Shown here piece by piece: positions 27,313-35,421 of a DNA stretch of 49,492 nt. The notes under the pieces are model-generated. The model was not told the origin of the DNA and did not search any database. It saw only the letters and a program-made list of their open reading frames with translations. The DNA lies in IMG/VR virus record IMGVR_UViG_3300022748_000007; one strand, given 5' to 3'. A program made the translations under genes and the position numbers. Every line of letters starts with the position of its first letter. Within the stretch, counting starts at the first letter, position 1. This stretch comes from a virus.

Positions 27313-28080
27313 TTAATTTGCATAGCGTTTATTTAAATAAGACAAGCTAACAGGCATTAAATCAAACTCACCGTCGTGTACATCATGCAAGACCAAGAAG
27401 CCTCGCCAATGGTTATTACCTTGGCTGCTCATGTAGTCTTCATTGTGTTCATAACAGGAGCCTGCAATGACAGAGGTTAGAAGTCCCCCATCCGCTTTGT
27501 AACCTGTCGCAATCTGTAAGCCTTGCTGATGGCCTTGAACGCAGGACATATGCTTTTTAGATAGACAAGCTGCAGCAGTAGTGACAGGACGCCCCATAAG
27601 GCCAGTGGTAAAGTAATGACTATAAGCAACGCCATCGACAACCACGACATCAAGAAAGTCGTGAACGCTCCAACCAAATTCTTCGTATCCAAGGTCGCTA
27701 ATTGCCAATACCCCCTCAAGTTTCGGGTCATCATTAACAGCGCGGTTAATCCGGTTTTCATGGTTTCCAAGTGTTAGTACCAGTTTTGGTTTATATTGTT
27801 TCTCTTTATTCTTCTTAGCTCGTGCATTAAACTCCCATATTGGAGACAAGAAGCTAACCATAGCATCCTTGCTAGCCTTAATATCCTCGACATAACGACG
27901 ACCTTCAAAAGATTTCTTGCCGACGTCATAGCTGGACAAAGAGGGCATGTCAGCAAAATCCCCTATGCATATAATAGTGTCAGGCTTTTTCTCCACGGCG
28001 TAACGCCCTATCTTACTCAGATAGGAGAAGTCTACGCCGGGTTTGGCCTGCACATCTGGTAGGACCAAATGCTTTGCCAT
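27313..28080 (-). CDS. Metallophosphoesterase (calcineurin-like)
   Basis: 255 aa. Motifs GDFADM, GNHENR and GHQQG. Confidence 0.8.
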   Translation of the reverse strand: MAKHLVLPDVQAKPGVDFSYLSKIGRYAVEKKPDTIICIGDFADMPSLSSYDVGKKSFEGRRYVEDIKASKDAMVSFLSPIWEFNARAKKNKEKQYKPKLVLTLGNHENRINRAVNDDPKLEGVLAISDLGYEEFGWSVHDFLDVVVVDGVAYSHYFTTGLMGRPVTTAAACLSKKHMSCVQGHQQGLQIATGYKADGGLLTSVIAGSCYEHNEDYMSSQGNNHWRGFLVLHDVHDGEFDLMPVSLSYLNKRYAN

Positions 28081-28250
28081 TAGTGAGTGGTCTCCGTGTC
28101 AGCTTTAGCGGCTGTAGTAAAGGGAATAGCACCGTTGGTAAGCAAATAGTTCAGACCAATCTTCAAAACAAAGTCCAATTCTTTCTGCTCCAACTCACCC
28201 TCAAACTTAACAGTGCCATTAGGAGTTTCAATTGATTTATTTACTAGCAT
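28080..28250 (-). CDS. Small ORF (56 aa, below the track cutoff)
   Basis: MLVNKSIETPNGTVKFEGELEQKELDFVLKIGLNYLLTNGAIPFTTAAKADTETTH. The start lies inside the HNH 3' end. The stop overlaps the next ATG (TAATG). Confidence 0.45.
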   Translation of the reverse strand: MLVNKSIETPNGTVKFEGELEQKELDFVLKIGLNYLLTNGAIPFTTAAKADTETTH

Positions 28251-28614
28251 ATTTCTTTGATATTTCTTTTTCTAATTTTGTTTTAGCTAAGTGACACGGT
28301 TTGCACAGTGTCTGCATATTGTCTTCAGTACAGAAGAGACGTTTAATGTAGTCATCCCAAGAAACAAATCCTTTCTTTGGGTCAATGACTGGCTTAATGT
28401 GGTCTACTTCTACATCCTTAGACGTAAATTCCTCTTTACATTTTGCACAACGATAATGTTGTGCTAGCCTTCCTGTCTTGACATTAATCTTCTTTTCTGT
28501 TTTAGAAGAATTAAGTGTCTCATACTTAGGAGGCCAGCGCCTTGAACCAGCACGTAATGTAGAGGTTATGAAAGAACGGATGCGGCCTTCAGTCCATTCA
28601 ATCTTTTTCTTCAT
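28237..28614 (-). CDS. HNH endonuclease
   Basis: 125 aa. Motif CAKC...VEVDHIKPV...LCKPCHLAKT. Confidence 0.85.
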   Translation of the reverse strand: MKKKIEWTEGRIRSFITSTLRAGSRRWPPKYETLNSSKTEKKINVKTGRLAQHYRCAKCKEEFTSKDVEVDHIKPVIDPKKGFVSWDDYIKRLFCTEDNMQTLCKPCHLAKTKLEKEISKKYASK

Positions 28615-28798
28615 ACAAGCTTCTCAGAATAATTTGTACATTCTTAAATTCAGCATAAGCTTTTGCATAGCGATGTACTAAATCTTCTGGAATTTGTACG
28701 GCAGTTCCATATACATCATCTTCATCATAATGATGTAATTCATATACAGGCCACCATTCTTCTGTATAAATATGGCGTTTTACGATGGGAACTTCCAT
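28598..28798 (-). CDS. Hypothetical protein
   Basis: 66 aa. Short overlaps with both neighbouring genes. Confidence 0.5.
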   Translation of the reverse strand: MEVPIVKRHIYTEEWWPVYELHHYDEDDVYGTAVQIPEDLVHRYAKAYAEFKNVQIILRSLYEEKD

Positions 28799-29481
28799 AT
28801 TTCTCCTTCATTGCGACGAATCCATAGACAAATACCATTCGCTAAGAGTTGCTCATCATTATTATAAAGGCCTCTAACGAAATTAAACATATCCAGCTCG
28901 TCATCATAACTTTCAAGCTCGTCCATAACATGTTGGAGTTTTTGTGGAACCTTTTGTCGTGCAATTCCATCAAACCCAAACACATTATCAGTACGGTCGC
29001 CCATAATAAGCTGCCAATAAAAGTGACGCATAGCGGGAATATTATAAACGTCTCGACGTATGGATTTAACGAAATCATAATGTTCTCCCGGAATCATCAA
29101 CAAGTCTTTATCAATGGAGCAAATGATTGTATCATGGTTTGCCATTTGATAAATGCCCATTGCATCATCAGCTTCCTGACCATCCTCGACAGATGCATTC
29201 CACTCTGTAACTAAATATTCACGTACAGCTTGTAGATGTGCAGGACGAGGAACGTCCTTACGATTGGCCTTGTATTCAGGATTGTATTGATATCGGTAGT
29301 TGTCACTACCTGTTAAGAACACTTTGTACGTATCGCTGTCAGTTTCCTGCAGGATACGACGAACGAGTTCATCAGCACGTAGGAGAGCTACTTCTTGAGA
29401 TTCTACAACAACCCCCTGCTTCTCGCAGGAGGCGGCTGTACGATAGGCTACAATGTCGCCGTCGATTAAGGCTGTTGTCAT
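28780..29481 (-). CDS. 5'-3' exonuclease / flap endonuclease (PIN-like, T7 gp6/RNase H type)
   Basis: 233 aa. Motifs LIDGDIVAYR, YKANRK, GQEADDAMG and SIDKDLL. Confidence 0.85.
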   Translation of the reverse strand: MTTALIDGDIVAYRTAASCEKQGVVVESQEVALLRADELVRRILQETDSDTYKVFLTGSDNYRYQYNPEYKANRKDVPRPAHLQAVREYLVTEWNASVEDGQEADDAMGIYQMANHDTIICSIDKDLLMIPGEHYDFVKSIRRDVYNIPAMRHFYWQLIMGDRTDNVFGFDGIARQKVPQKLQHVMDELESYDDELDMFNFVRGLYNNDEQLLANGICLWIRRNEGEIWKFPS

Positions 29482-29627
29482 TTAGCCTTTTTAGCAGCAG
29501 GTTTAGCTGCACGACGTTGAACATCCAGAGCAATGGCAATTGCCTGCTTCTGTGGTTTACCAGCTTTCATTTCTGTTTTAATGTTTTCAGAAACTGCTTT
29601 CTTACTTTTTGATTTGTTTAACGGCAT
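29478..29627 (-). CDS. Small basic protein (49 aa, below the track cutoff)
   Basis: MPLNKSKSKKAVSENIKTEMKAGKPQKQAIAIALDVQRRAAKPAAKKAK. ATGA-coupled to the exonuclease gene. Confidence 0.5.
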   Translation of the reverse strand: MPLNKSKSKKAVSENIKTEMKAGKPQKQAIAIALDVQRRAAKPAAKKAK

Positions 29628-30141
29628 CTAAATCTTTCATTACTTGTTCAAATAAGATAGGAGTATAATTAGTTTGCTCAACACAAACACATTTATACCA
29701 CGGGTCAAGAAAATTTCCATCTTGTGTCATAACATTATTAGAATGGGTGTGTCCATGAATGTTTCCTGTAAAACGTCCCTTAGATGAGGGATGTACAGGA
29801 ATATGAGACAAGAGAAAATTATTCATTACATGATAACCACGAATGTCCTTAAAGAAAGGCGTGTAGTCTTCCAGTTTAAAGATGTCATGGTTACCTTTAA
29901 TGAGTACCTTCTCTCCATTTAATCGGTATAGAGTATGTAAAGCCTTCCGATTAATTACAACATCACCTAGATGGTATACTTTATCGGTGGGCTTTACAAC
30001 GCTATTCCAGTTAGCTACAAGAGCCTCATCCATCTCTTCAACAGAGTCCCATGGACGAAGCTTTGTACCGTCTTCACGTAAGAACTTGGTTACACCTAAG
30101 TGTCCAAAATGGGTATCACTTGTTAAAAAGACAGACGGCAT
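29602..30141 (-). CDS. Metallophosphoesterase
   Basis: 179 aa. Motifs SDTHFGH, LGDVV, KGNHD and GHTHS. Confidence 0.85.
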   Translation of the reverse strand: MPSVFLTSDTHFGHLGVTKFLREDGTKLRPWDSVEEMDEALVANWNSVVKPTDKVYHLGDVVINRKALHTLYRLNGEKVLIKGNHDIFKLEDYTPFFKDIRGYHVMNNFLLSHIPVHPSSKGRFTGNIHGHTHSNNVMTQDGNFLDPWYKCVCVEQTNYTPILFEQVMKDLDAVKQIKK

Positions 30142-30142
30142 T

Positions 30143-30703
30143 TTAGTTTACGTCAGGGAACTCATCAGACTGCATGGCATCAATACTACCATCGTCCACT
30201 GTGGGTTGGTCAACACCAAACACATAAGCTTCAAAGCGTTTTGCTGTTTGTACAACATCTTCAGGATTGAGTTCCTTCTTACTACCCACTGCCAGAGAAG
30301 CCACAGCGCTCGACAAAGAGCTTTGACGAACAATCAATACCTGACGTTGAGCTCTTTCCTCTGGGGTTTCATAAGTGCTACGAGGACTAGCAGAAGCAGC
30401 AGGCTTTCCACCACCAGAGCTAGGGGCAGCAGCAGGACTAGGAGCGCCAGTCACAGCAGGAGTAAGACTAATCCAGTCGTTATAGCCCTTGTCATTCTTA
30501 ACAATTTCTACCTCATACGTTTGACCCGGCGTAGCCGTGGACAGAGCAGAGAATGCATTCTTAGTTGCACCAAAACTCATAACCTTCTTGCCTTCAACCT
30601 TACCTTGGAAGCTGTTGTTCTTGTAAGCAACGTCAGCAGTTTGATAAGAGCCTTTGGCTGTAGGTACTGTTTTAATGTCAACGCTCAACAATGTAATGTT
30701 CAT
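30143..30703 (-). CDS. Putative ssDNA-binding protein
   Basis: 186 aa. Beta-rich N-terminal domain, a P/A/S/G linker and an acidic C-terminal tail (DDGSIDAMQSDEFPDVN). Has its own consensus promoter. Confidence 0.45.
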   Translation of the reverse strand: MNITLLSVDIKTVPTAKGSYQTADVAYKNNSFQGKVEGKKVMSFGATKNAFSALSTATPGQTYEVEIVKNDKGYNDWISLTPAVTGAPSPAAAPSSGGGKPAASASPRSTYETPEERAQRQVLIVRQSSLSSAVASLAVGSKKELNPEDVVQTAKRFEAYVFGVDQPTVDDGSIDAMQSDEFPDVN

Positions 30704-30759
30704 AATTTCCTTAAATTTACTTTCTATTTAAAACACTTTTATTAGTGTCTATACGTAAT

Positions 30760-30788
30760 ATTATACACGAGTTTTTAACCCATGTCAA
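30760..30788 (-). promoter_or_regulatory. Consensus sigma70 promoter upstream of the SSB-like gene
   Basis: Minus strand reads TTGACA-tgggttaaaaactcgtg(17)-TATAAT. The -35 element overlaps the stop codon of the HNH gene. Confidence 0.7.
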
Positions 30789-31240
30789 CTAAATCTTTGC
30801 ATTTTTCTTAAATTACAGATATATGCAGCAGACATACCTAATTTTTCAGAAAGTTCTTTTGGAGAACCTGTAGATTTTTTAGCTATTTCTCTCTGCTCAT
30901 CTGTAAACTTTGCATTTGGGTTTCGTTCTCCTTTTACACGATTTCTGATAACTTTATGTTGCATATTATCGTTATGAGTTCCTAGCACTAAATGTTCTGG
31001 ATAAATACATGAGGGATTATCACATTGATGTAATACATGCATACCTACAGGAATCTCCCCAATCCATCGTTCATAGGAAACAGTATGGGCTGTCCTGTTT
31101 TTACCTTTATACCAGATACGTCCGTAGCCATTAGCATCTTTTCCAGCAGTCCATTCAAGACATCCTGTTTTAGGATTATCTTTAGAACGTTTAAAGAGTT
31201 TATTTTCTACATCTCCACCTTTAATATACTCTGCCCTCAT
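30785..31240 (-). CDS. HNH homing endonuclease
   Basis: 151 aa. Motif NGYGRIWYKGKNRTAHTVSYE...HVLHQCDNPSCIYPEHLVLGTHNDNMQH. ATGA overlap with the polymerase C-fragment. Confidence 0.85.
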   Translation of the reverse strand: MRAEYIKGGDVENKLFKRSKDNPKTGCLEWTAGKDANGYGRIWYKGKNRTAHTVSYERWIGEIPVGMHVLHQCDNPSCIYPEHLVLGTHNDNMQHKVIRNRVKGERNPNAKFTDEQREIAKKSTGSPKELSEKLGMSAAYICNLRKMQRFS

Positions 31241-31950
31241 GTGAACTTCTCCATTGACTTCATATTAGGACCATACTTAGATTCGCAAGCCATGGGCACA
31301 GTCCAATTATAATTAAACACAGACTGTATACGACTAGGCAAATCAGCAAACACACTGTCAAAGATATCTCGAAGCTCGCCAAGATGGGAGGACTTAGCAT
31401 CGAGTACAATGCTATCGTGGACAGTAGAAATAAAGTCACAGGGGATTCCAGCATCCGTAATCCTTTTGTAGGCCATGATGCGAGCGAGCATCATAACATC
31501 AGCACCAGTGCCTTGCACGGGATAGTTTGTAAGAGTTGTCCAAGGTACTTTAAGTTCTCCTCTATAGTCTCGCTTGGGGGGACAAGACCAACTGCGTCCC
31601 ATTGGTCCGACGATGGCGTTGCCACCCATGACACAATCTTTCCATCTTTGATGACAAGAGTTAATGCCTGTATATTTTGCATAGAATTTTTCATTCATGT
31701 CGTCCCAGAAATCGGACTTAGCGGATACATGCATAAAGTCAGGGTCATTAGCAAAGCTCCAGCCACTACCACGATAAATGGTACGAAAGAGAAAGATTTT
31801 TGCAATGAGGCGACTAGGGAGTCCGAAAGCTTCTTGATTTTTTGCGTGAGTATCTTCACCTCCTAAGATTTCTTCAATACCAACTTTGTCTTTAGCTAGT
31901 TCCAGCAATGTACGCCATTCAAGCTGGCTGGCGTCGCATTGGATTAACAT
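31237..31950 (-). CDS. Family-A DNA polymerase, C-terminal fragment (motifs A, B, C)
   Basis: 237 aa. Motif A DASQLEWR, motif B RLIAKIFLFRTIYRGSG, motif C STVHDSIVLD, plus YPVQGTGADV. Confidence 0.9.
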   Translation of the reverse strand: MLIQCDASQLEWRTLLELAKDKVGIEEILGGEDTHAKNQEAFGLPSRLIAKIFLFRTIYRGSGWSFANDPDFMHVSAKSDFWDDMNEKFYAKYTGINSCHQRWKDCVMGGNAIVGPMGRSWSCPPKRDYRGELKVPWTTLTNYPVQGTGADVMMLARIMAYKRITDAGIPCDFISTVHDSIVLDAKSSHLGELRDIFDSVFADLPSRIQSVFNYNWTVPMACESKYGPNMKSMEKFT

Positions 31951-32135
31951 TATTTACGCAACAACGCTGCCGCTGGTTTAGCAGGATATTTACCAATGTT
32001 GCGTTGGATAGACAAGAAGTGTTCTGGGTAATGCTGTTGGAAATCCATTAGCACTTGTTGCACACCCTTATCTTTAATGATTGATGCAAATGCAACCAAG
32101 GCATCGTTATATTCTAGTTGTTCGTGTTCAGTCAT
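31950..32135 (-). CDS. Small ORF inside the polymerase split (61 aa)
   Basis: Track ORF. The start overlaps the upstream mini-ORF stop, and the stop overlaps the polC ATG (TAATG). Confidence 0.45.
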   Translation of the reverse strand: MTEHEQLEYNDALVAFASIIKDKGVQQVLMDFQQHYPEHFLSIQRNIGKYPAKPAAALLRK

Positions 32136-32244
32136 TCTTATTTCTGTTCCTTTCAGAGATAGCCTGTTCCTCTACTGAGCCTACTTCATACTTACCATTA
32201 GCCTCATAAGACCAATCTCTCAATGCCCATGGAACATTAGTCAT
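32128..32244 (-). CDS. Mini-ORF inside the polymerase split (38 aa)
   Basis: MTNVPWALRDWSYEANGKYEVGSVEEQAISERNRNKND. Its ATG overlaps the polN stop (ATGACTAA). It is the 3' third of track ORF 32128..32352. Confidence 0.3.
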   Translation of the reverse strand: MTNVPWALRDWSYEANGKYEVGSVEEQAISERNRNKND

Positions 32245-33373
32245 TGTATTTGGAGATAAAGATGTCTTGGAGTTCTGAAGCAAAGTTTTGGAGGTTTGGC
32301 TTCGAGCTACTGAGACGTCCTGTTTGCGCTGTTGTTTGGTTAAAGTTGCCATGCAACATCCCTTCTTCCCAATTCATTTCCTTACGGAGTTTCACAAGTC
32401 CATTGTAGTATGTACCGTTGAGCTTCTCAAGTTTGGAAAGCTCAAGAATCATGTTCACAATGGTTTTGTTACCCTTAAGCTTACGCAACGTACCTTCGTC
32501 TGTTGCAAAGTTCCCTAGCTTTGCCATGGCAGAACCTTTGAGAGGTTCATAAAGACGCGGTAGGGCATGCTCAATGATTATGTTTTTGTACTTGGGCTGG
32601 CCTGCTTTGGCTCCTGATTTGAAAAACCCAACATGCTCTTTACTGTCCTGCTTAACCACACCACCATAAAGAAAGGCAGAAAGATGGTCATTAGAGGCAA
32701 AATTAATAGGAACGTTGGGATAGATAGCGGCGAGTTTTCCTTTAAGCGTTGATATTTTGTCATCGACCTCCATGGCTCTGCTTGAGCAAAGCTCTTCATC
32801 GAATGGAATGCCATTGGCTTCCATCTCTTGTAATATTTTTAAATCCTGACACATTAGGAAACACAGTTTAACTTGGGCAGGAGTCATTAGCTTTCGTTGT
32901 GCATGGTAACAAGCAAGTGTTAGCTCGGCGTCTCTAGTCGCATAAGGCTCCAGTACCTCCCAAGGGATGGCGTCTGTGTTAATTCCTTTATCCCAATACT
33001 CAAGCTTCACAACATCCAACTTTGTTTCCAGCCCATAACGCTCACAAGTTTCATTAAGGCTAGGGAATCGGTTGGTTTGGTTGGAAAGAATGAACTCAGC
33101 AATCTGCACATCCCAGATTTGCTTTTCCTTGAGTTGATAGACCCCGACTTTTAGAAACCACGCGAGGTCGAATTTGAAGTTAAAGCCAATAACTAAATCT
33201 GTTCCTGCAATAAGCCCATGCTCTAACGCATACAATGCGGCAGGGGTGGCTTTATCAGCACCCGCAGCACCCAAATCATTGGCATAGGAGTAGCAAACAA
33301 GTTTGTTTCTGGCGTCGTAAGGATTACCCTTATTCCATATTGTAGTCTCGCTGTCCAGCGCTAACAATTTCAT
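32237..33373 (-). CDS. Family-A DNA polymerase, N-terminal fragment (3'-5' exonuclease plus thumb)
   Basis: 378 aa. Exo I LALDSETT, Exo II GFNFKFDLAWF, Exo III YATRDAELT. Ends at FISKYND, immediately before motif A. Confidence 0.9.
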   Translation of the reverse strand: MKLLALDSETTIWNKGNPYDARNKLVCYSYANDLGAAGADKATPAALYALEHGLIAGTDLVIGFNFKFDLAWFLKVGVYQLKEKQIWDVQIAEFILSNQTNRFPSLNETCERYGLETKLDVVKLEYWDKGINTDAIPWEVLEPYATRDAELTLACYHAQRKLMTPAQVKLCFLMCQDLKILQEMEANGIPFDEELCSSRAMEVDDKISTLKGKLAAIYPNVPINFASNDHLSAFLYGGVVKQDSKEHVGFFKSGAKAGQPKYKNIIIEHALPRLYEPLKGSAMAKLGNFATDEGTLRKLKGNKTIVNMILELSKLEKLNGTYYNGLVKLRKEMNWEEGMLHGNFNQTTAQTGRLSSSKPNLQNFASELQDIFISKYND

Positions 33374-33582
33374 GCGTCATAGTAAGTAGAGAGGACGACA
33401 GAAAAAGTAAAGTCGTCGTCGCTAAATCCACGTTCGCGGAAATCTTGCGCACAGGCTCCTGCGAAGTCGTCTGCTCCGTCGGCTGTTGGGAATACTCCGA
33501 CAATAGCGTAATTGATGGCAGCTTCATTGAGAATTCGTCGTTCAACAACATATACATTAGCTCGGTGTTTAGGTAGTTTCAT
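33370..33582 (-). CDS. Hypothetical protein
   Basis: 70 aa from MKLPKHR. ATGA overlaps at both ends. Confidence 0.5.
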   Translation of the reverse strand: MKLPKHRANVYVVERRILNEAAINYAIVGVFPTADGADDFAGACAQDFRERGFSDDDFTFSVVLSTYYDA

Positions 33583-33770
33583 TGTACTTCTGGTGGAATA
33601 TATTTTAAAATCCAAGGTTGTAACACGTCTTTAGGACGGTAACCAAATAACAAACCTTGTTCATCTTGAAGGTTAGCAATGCAAATTACTAAGTCTTCTA
33701 GAGAGGCTTGGTTAAAGCCTTTTGATTCAACGATAAACTTATATGTCTTCGTATCTTGCGATGTTGGCAT
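33579..33770 (-). CDS. Hypothetical protein
   Basis: 63 aa from MPTSQDT, preceded by AGAGG. Overlaps the helicase 3' end. Confidence 0.45.
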   Translation of the reverse strand: MPTSQDTKTYKFIVESKGFNQASLEDLVICIANLQDEQGLLFGYRPKDVLQPWILKYIPPEVQ

Positions 33771-34821
33771 TGATGATAACCTCTTTCTTACCATGTCGTA
33801 GGTCAGGAATGGAATCTGCATCACCCATCAGCTTGTTCTTACTAGCATGAAGGAAGCGTAGGTTCTCATAGCCTGCGTCTGCAACCTTACCAATACCAAT
33901 AATCCAGTCAGCCTCAGCTTGCTTCGATGTTTTGGCGTTAGCTACGTTAGCCATTGTCAGCCACTTCTGACCCTCCCCCGTTCCATCGGCTTGACAGACA
34001 GCAATAACAGGACAATATTCCTTAGCCAGTTCCCTAGCCCATTGATAAATTTGTCCGAGACGTAAATCCTCACGGTCATTTGTAAATCCATGAATCTTGT
34101 CAATCTGGTCAAAGATGACAAGGGAGGGTTGGTATTGCTTACAAACTTTCTCAACCATAGAACGTGATATGATTCCTTCTTTGAGAATCTTATGCTTGCC
34201 CTTGGTCTTGGACATATAAGCATCACGGTTGGCTGTTAGGTTGGCAAACAGCTGAGTCATGTTGCAACCAAGACTAGCTTGATAGCAACGTAGTTTTACT
34301 TTATCCCCCTGTTCCTCGTTGTTAAACCAAAGAATCGGGCCAGCATCTTCAGAGAGCTGCTCTGCCATGTACGTCGTTTCTGAAGCAAGGAATGTAGTCT
34401 TTCCAGTCTCTGGACGCGCAAAGATAAAGCCGAAATCTCCCTTTCGCAGGCTTCCAAGCATTTGGTTAAGAGTATTGAGTCTCCAGCGGAGGCCGGGCTT
34501 TTTGATTGTGTCATTAGCTAGTTCTTCGAGGTCATCAGAGATGAACTCAAACTCTTCCCCTTTCTCTTGTTGTTCTTCAAGCTCAAGGTAGGACTCGAGG
34601 AGTCCACGCATTTTCTCGGGTTCAAGCTTGCCTTCAGTAACGTCATAGGCAGCAAGGGATATTTCCTTGAGCTGCTTATTGGCAAGAATCGACTGGATTA
34701 GTTTCGCCGTGGTGTCAGGACTAGCTTCTACATTATTGAGCTGGTCCAAGACACCTAGATAATAATCCTTGTCTTTAGAAGACGAGGCAAACAAAAGGTT
34801 TGCCAAGTCACTCGTGGTCAA
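33739..34821 (-). CDS. Replicative DNA helicase (DnaB / T7 gp4 helicase-domain type)
   Basis: 360 aa as listed in the track (TTG start). Walker A ARPETGKTTF and Walker B LVIFDQID. The frame stays open for 53 more codons up to 34980, next to an AAGGAG (see findings). Confidence 0.85.
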   Translation of the reverse strand: MTTSDLANLLFASSSKDKDYYLGVLDQLNNVEASPDTTAKLIQSILANKQLKEISLAAYDVTEGKLEPEKMRGLLESYLELEEQQEKGEEFEFISDDLEELANDTIKKPGLRWRLNTLNQMLGSLRKGDFGFIFARPETGKTTFLASETTYMAEQLSEDAGPILWFNNEEQGDKVKLRCYQASLGCNMTQLFANLTANRDAYMSKTKGKHKILKEGIISRSMVEKVCKQYQPSLVIFDQIDKIHGFTNDREDLRLGQIYQWARELAKEYCPVIAVCQADGTGEGQKWLTMANVANAKTSKQAEADWIIGIGKVADAGYENLRFLHASKNKLMGDADSIPDLRHGKKEVIINANIARYEDI

Positions 34822-35015
34822 CGAGATTTGTTCAGTATTCTGTCGATGAAAGTTATCCAGTACAGAATATACAGGCTGGATTTCTTTAGTTAAGTCTGTT
34901 AGTTTAAGCCTATCTTTATAACTATTCCATACTTCAAAGTCTAACAGATGTTTAATTATTGATAATTCATGTAATATAATTTACTCCTTATAAAGTTAAT
35001 TACTGTATACATATA

Positions 35016-35044
35016 ATTGTATCACACTGATTTTTGTTTGTCAA
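35016..35044 (-). promoter_or_regulatory. Near-consensus sigma70 promoter upstream of the helicase
   Basis: Minus strand reads TTGACA-aacaaaaatcagtgtga(17)-TACAAT, with an extended -10 TG. Lies inside the 3' end of ORF 35022..35270. Confidence 0.65.
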
Positions 35045-35270
35045 GAACTTTTTTATACTGTGTGTTCAAAGTATCAAAATTACCGTTCTTGTAGCGCTTT
35101 ACAACGACACTTGTACGTACCTTCCCGTACCCCAATTTGGGATGGTTTGTGGCTTTAACCCATGCTAGAATGAGCTTACCATCAACGGTGTGCTTCTGTA
35201 AATCCTCGGGGACTTCACCCTCCCAAGAGAAGAAGTCTGCCTCACCTAGGAAGTTAACGATTTTTTTCAT
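35022..35270 (-). CDS. Hypothetical protein
   Basis: 82 aa track ORF. Confidence 0.55.
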   Translation of the reverse strand: MKKIVNFLGEADFFSWEGEVPEDLQKHTVDGKLILAWVKATNHPKLGYGKVRTSVVVKRYKNGNFDTLNTQYKKVLDKQKSV

Positions 35271-35421
35271 ACAACTCTTTCTGCATATTTGTCAATTCGA
35301 TAATTGCCTGCTGTTCTTCAGGAGTTTTGGGTTTCTTCTTGAAGATTAGGTCATAGTTTTCATCAAACTTTTTCTTGTCTGTTGGGCGTTGTTTGTCGCC
35401 CTTGCCTGCTTCACGTGCCAT
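35254..35421 (-). CDS. Small basic protein (55 aa, below the track cutoff)
   Basis: Hand-translated as MAREAGKGDKQRPTDKKKFDENYDLIFKKKPKTPEEQQAIIELTNMQKELYEKNR. Overlaps both neighbouring genes. Confidence 0.5.
   Translation of the reverse strand: MAREAGKGDKQRPTDKKKFDENYDLIFKKKPKTPEEQQAIIELTNMQKELYEKNR

Noticed and set aside
32128-32352. Full 74-aa ORF overlapping the end of the polymerase N-fragment
   Set aside because: Its 5' two-thirds lie inside the polymerase coding sequence. Only the 3' 38 codons (from ATG 32244) occupy the insert.
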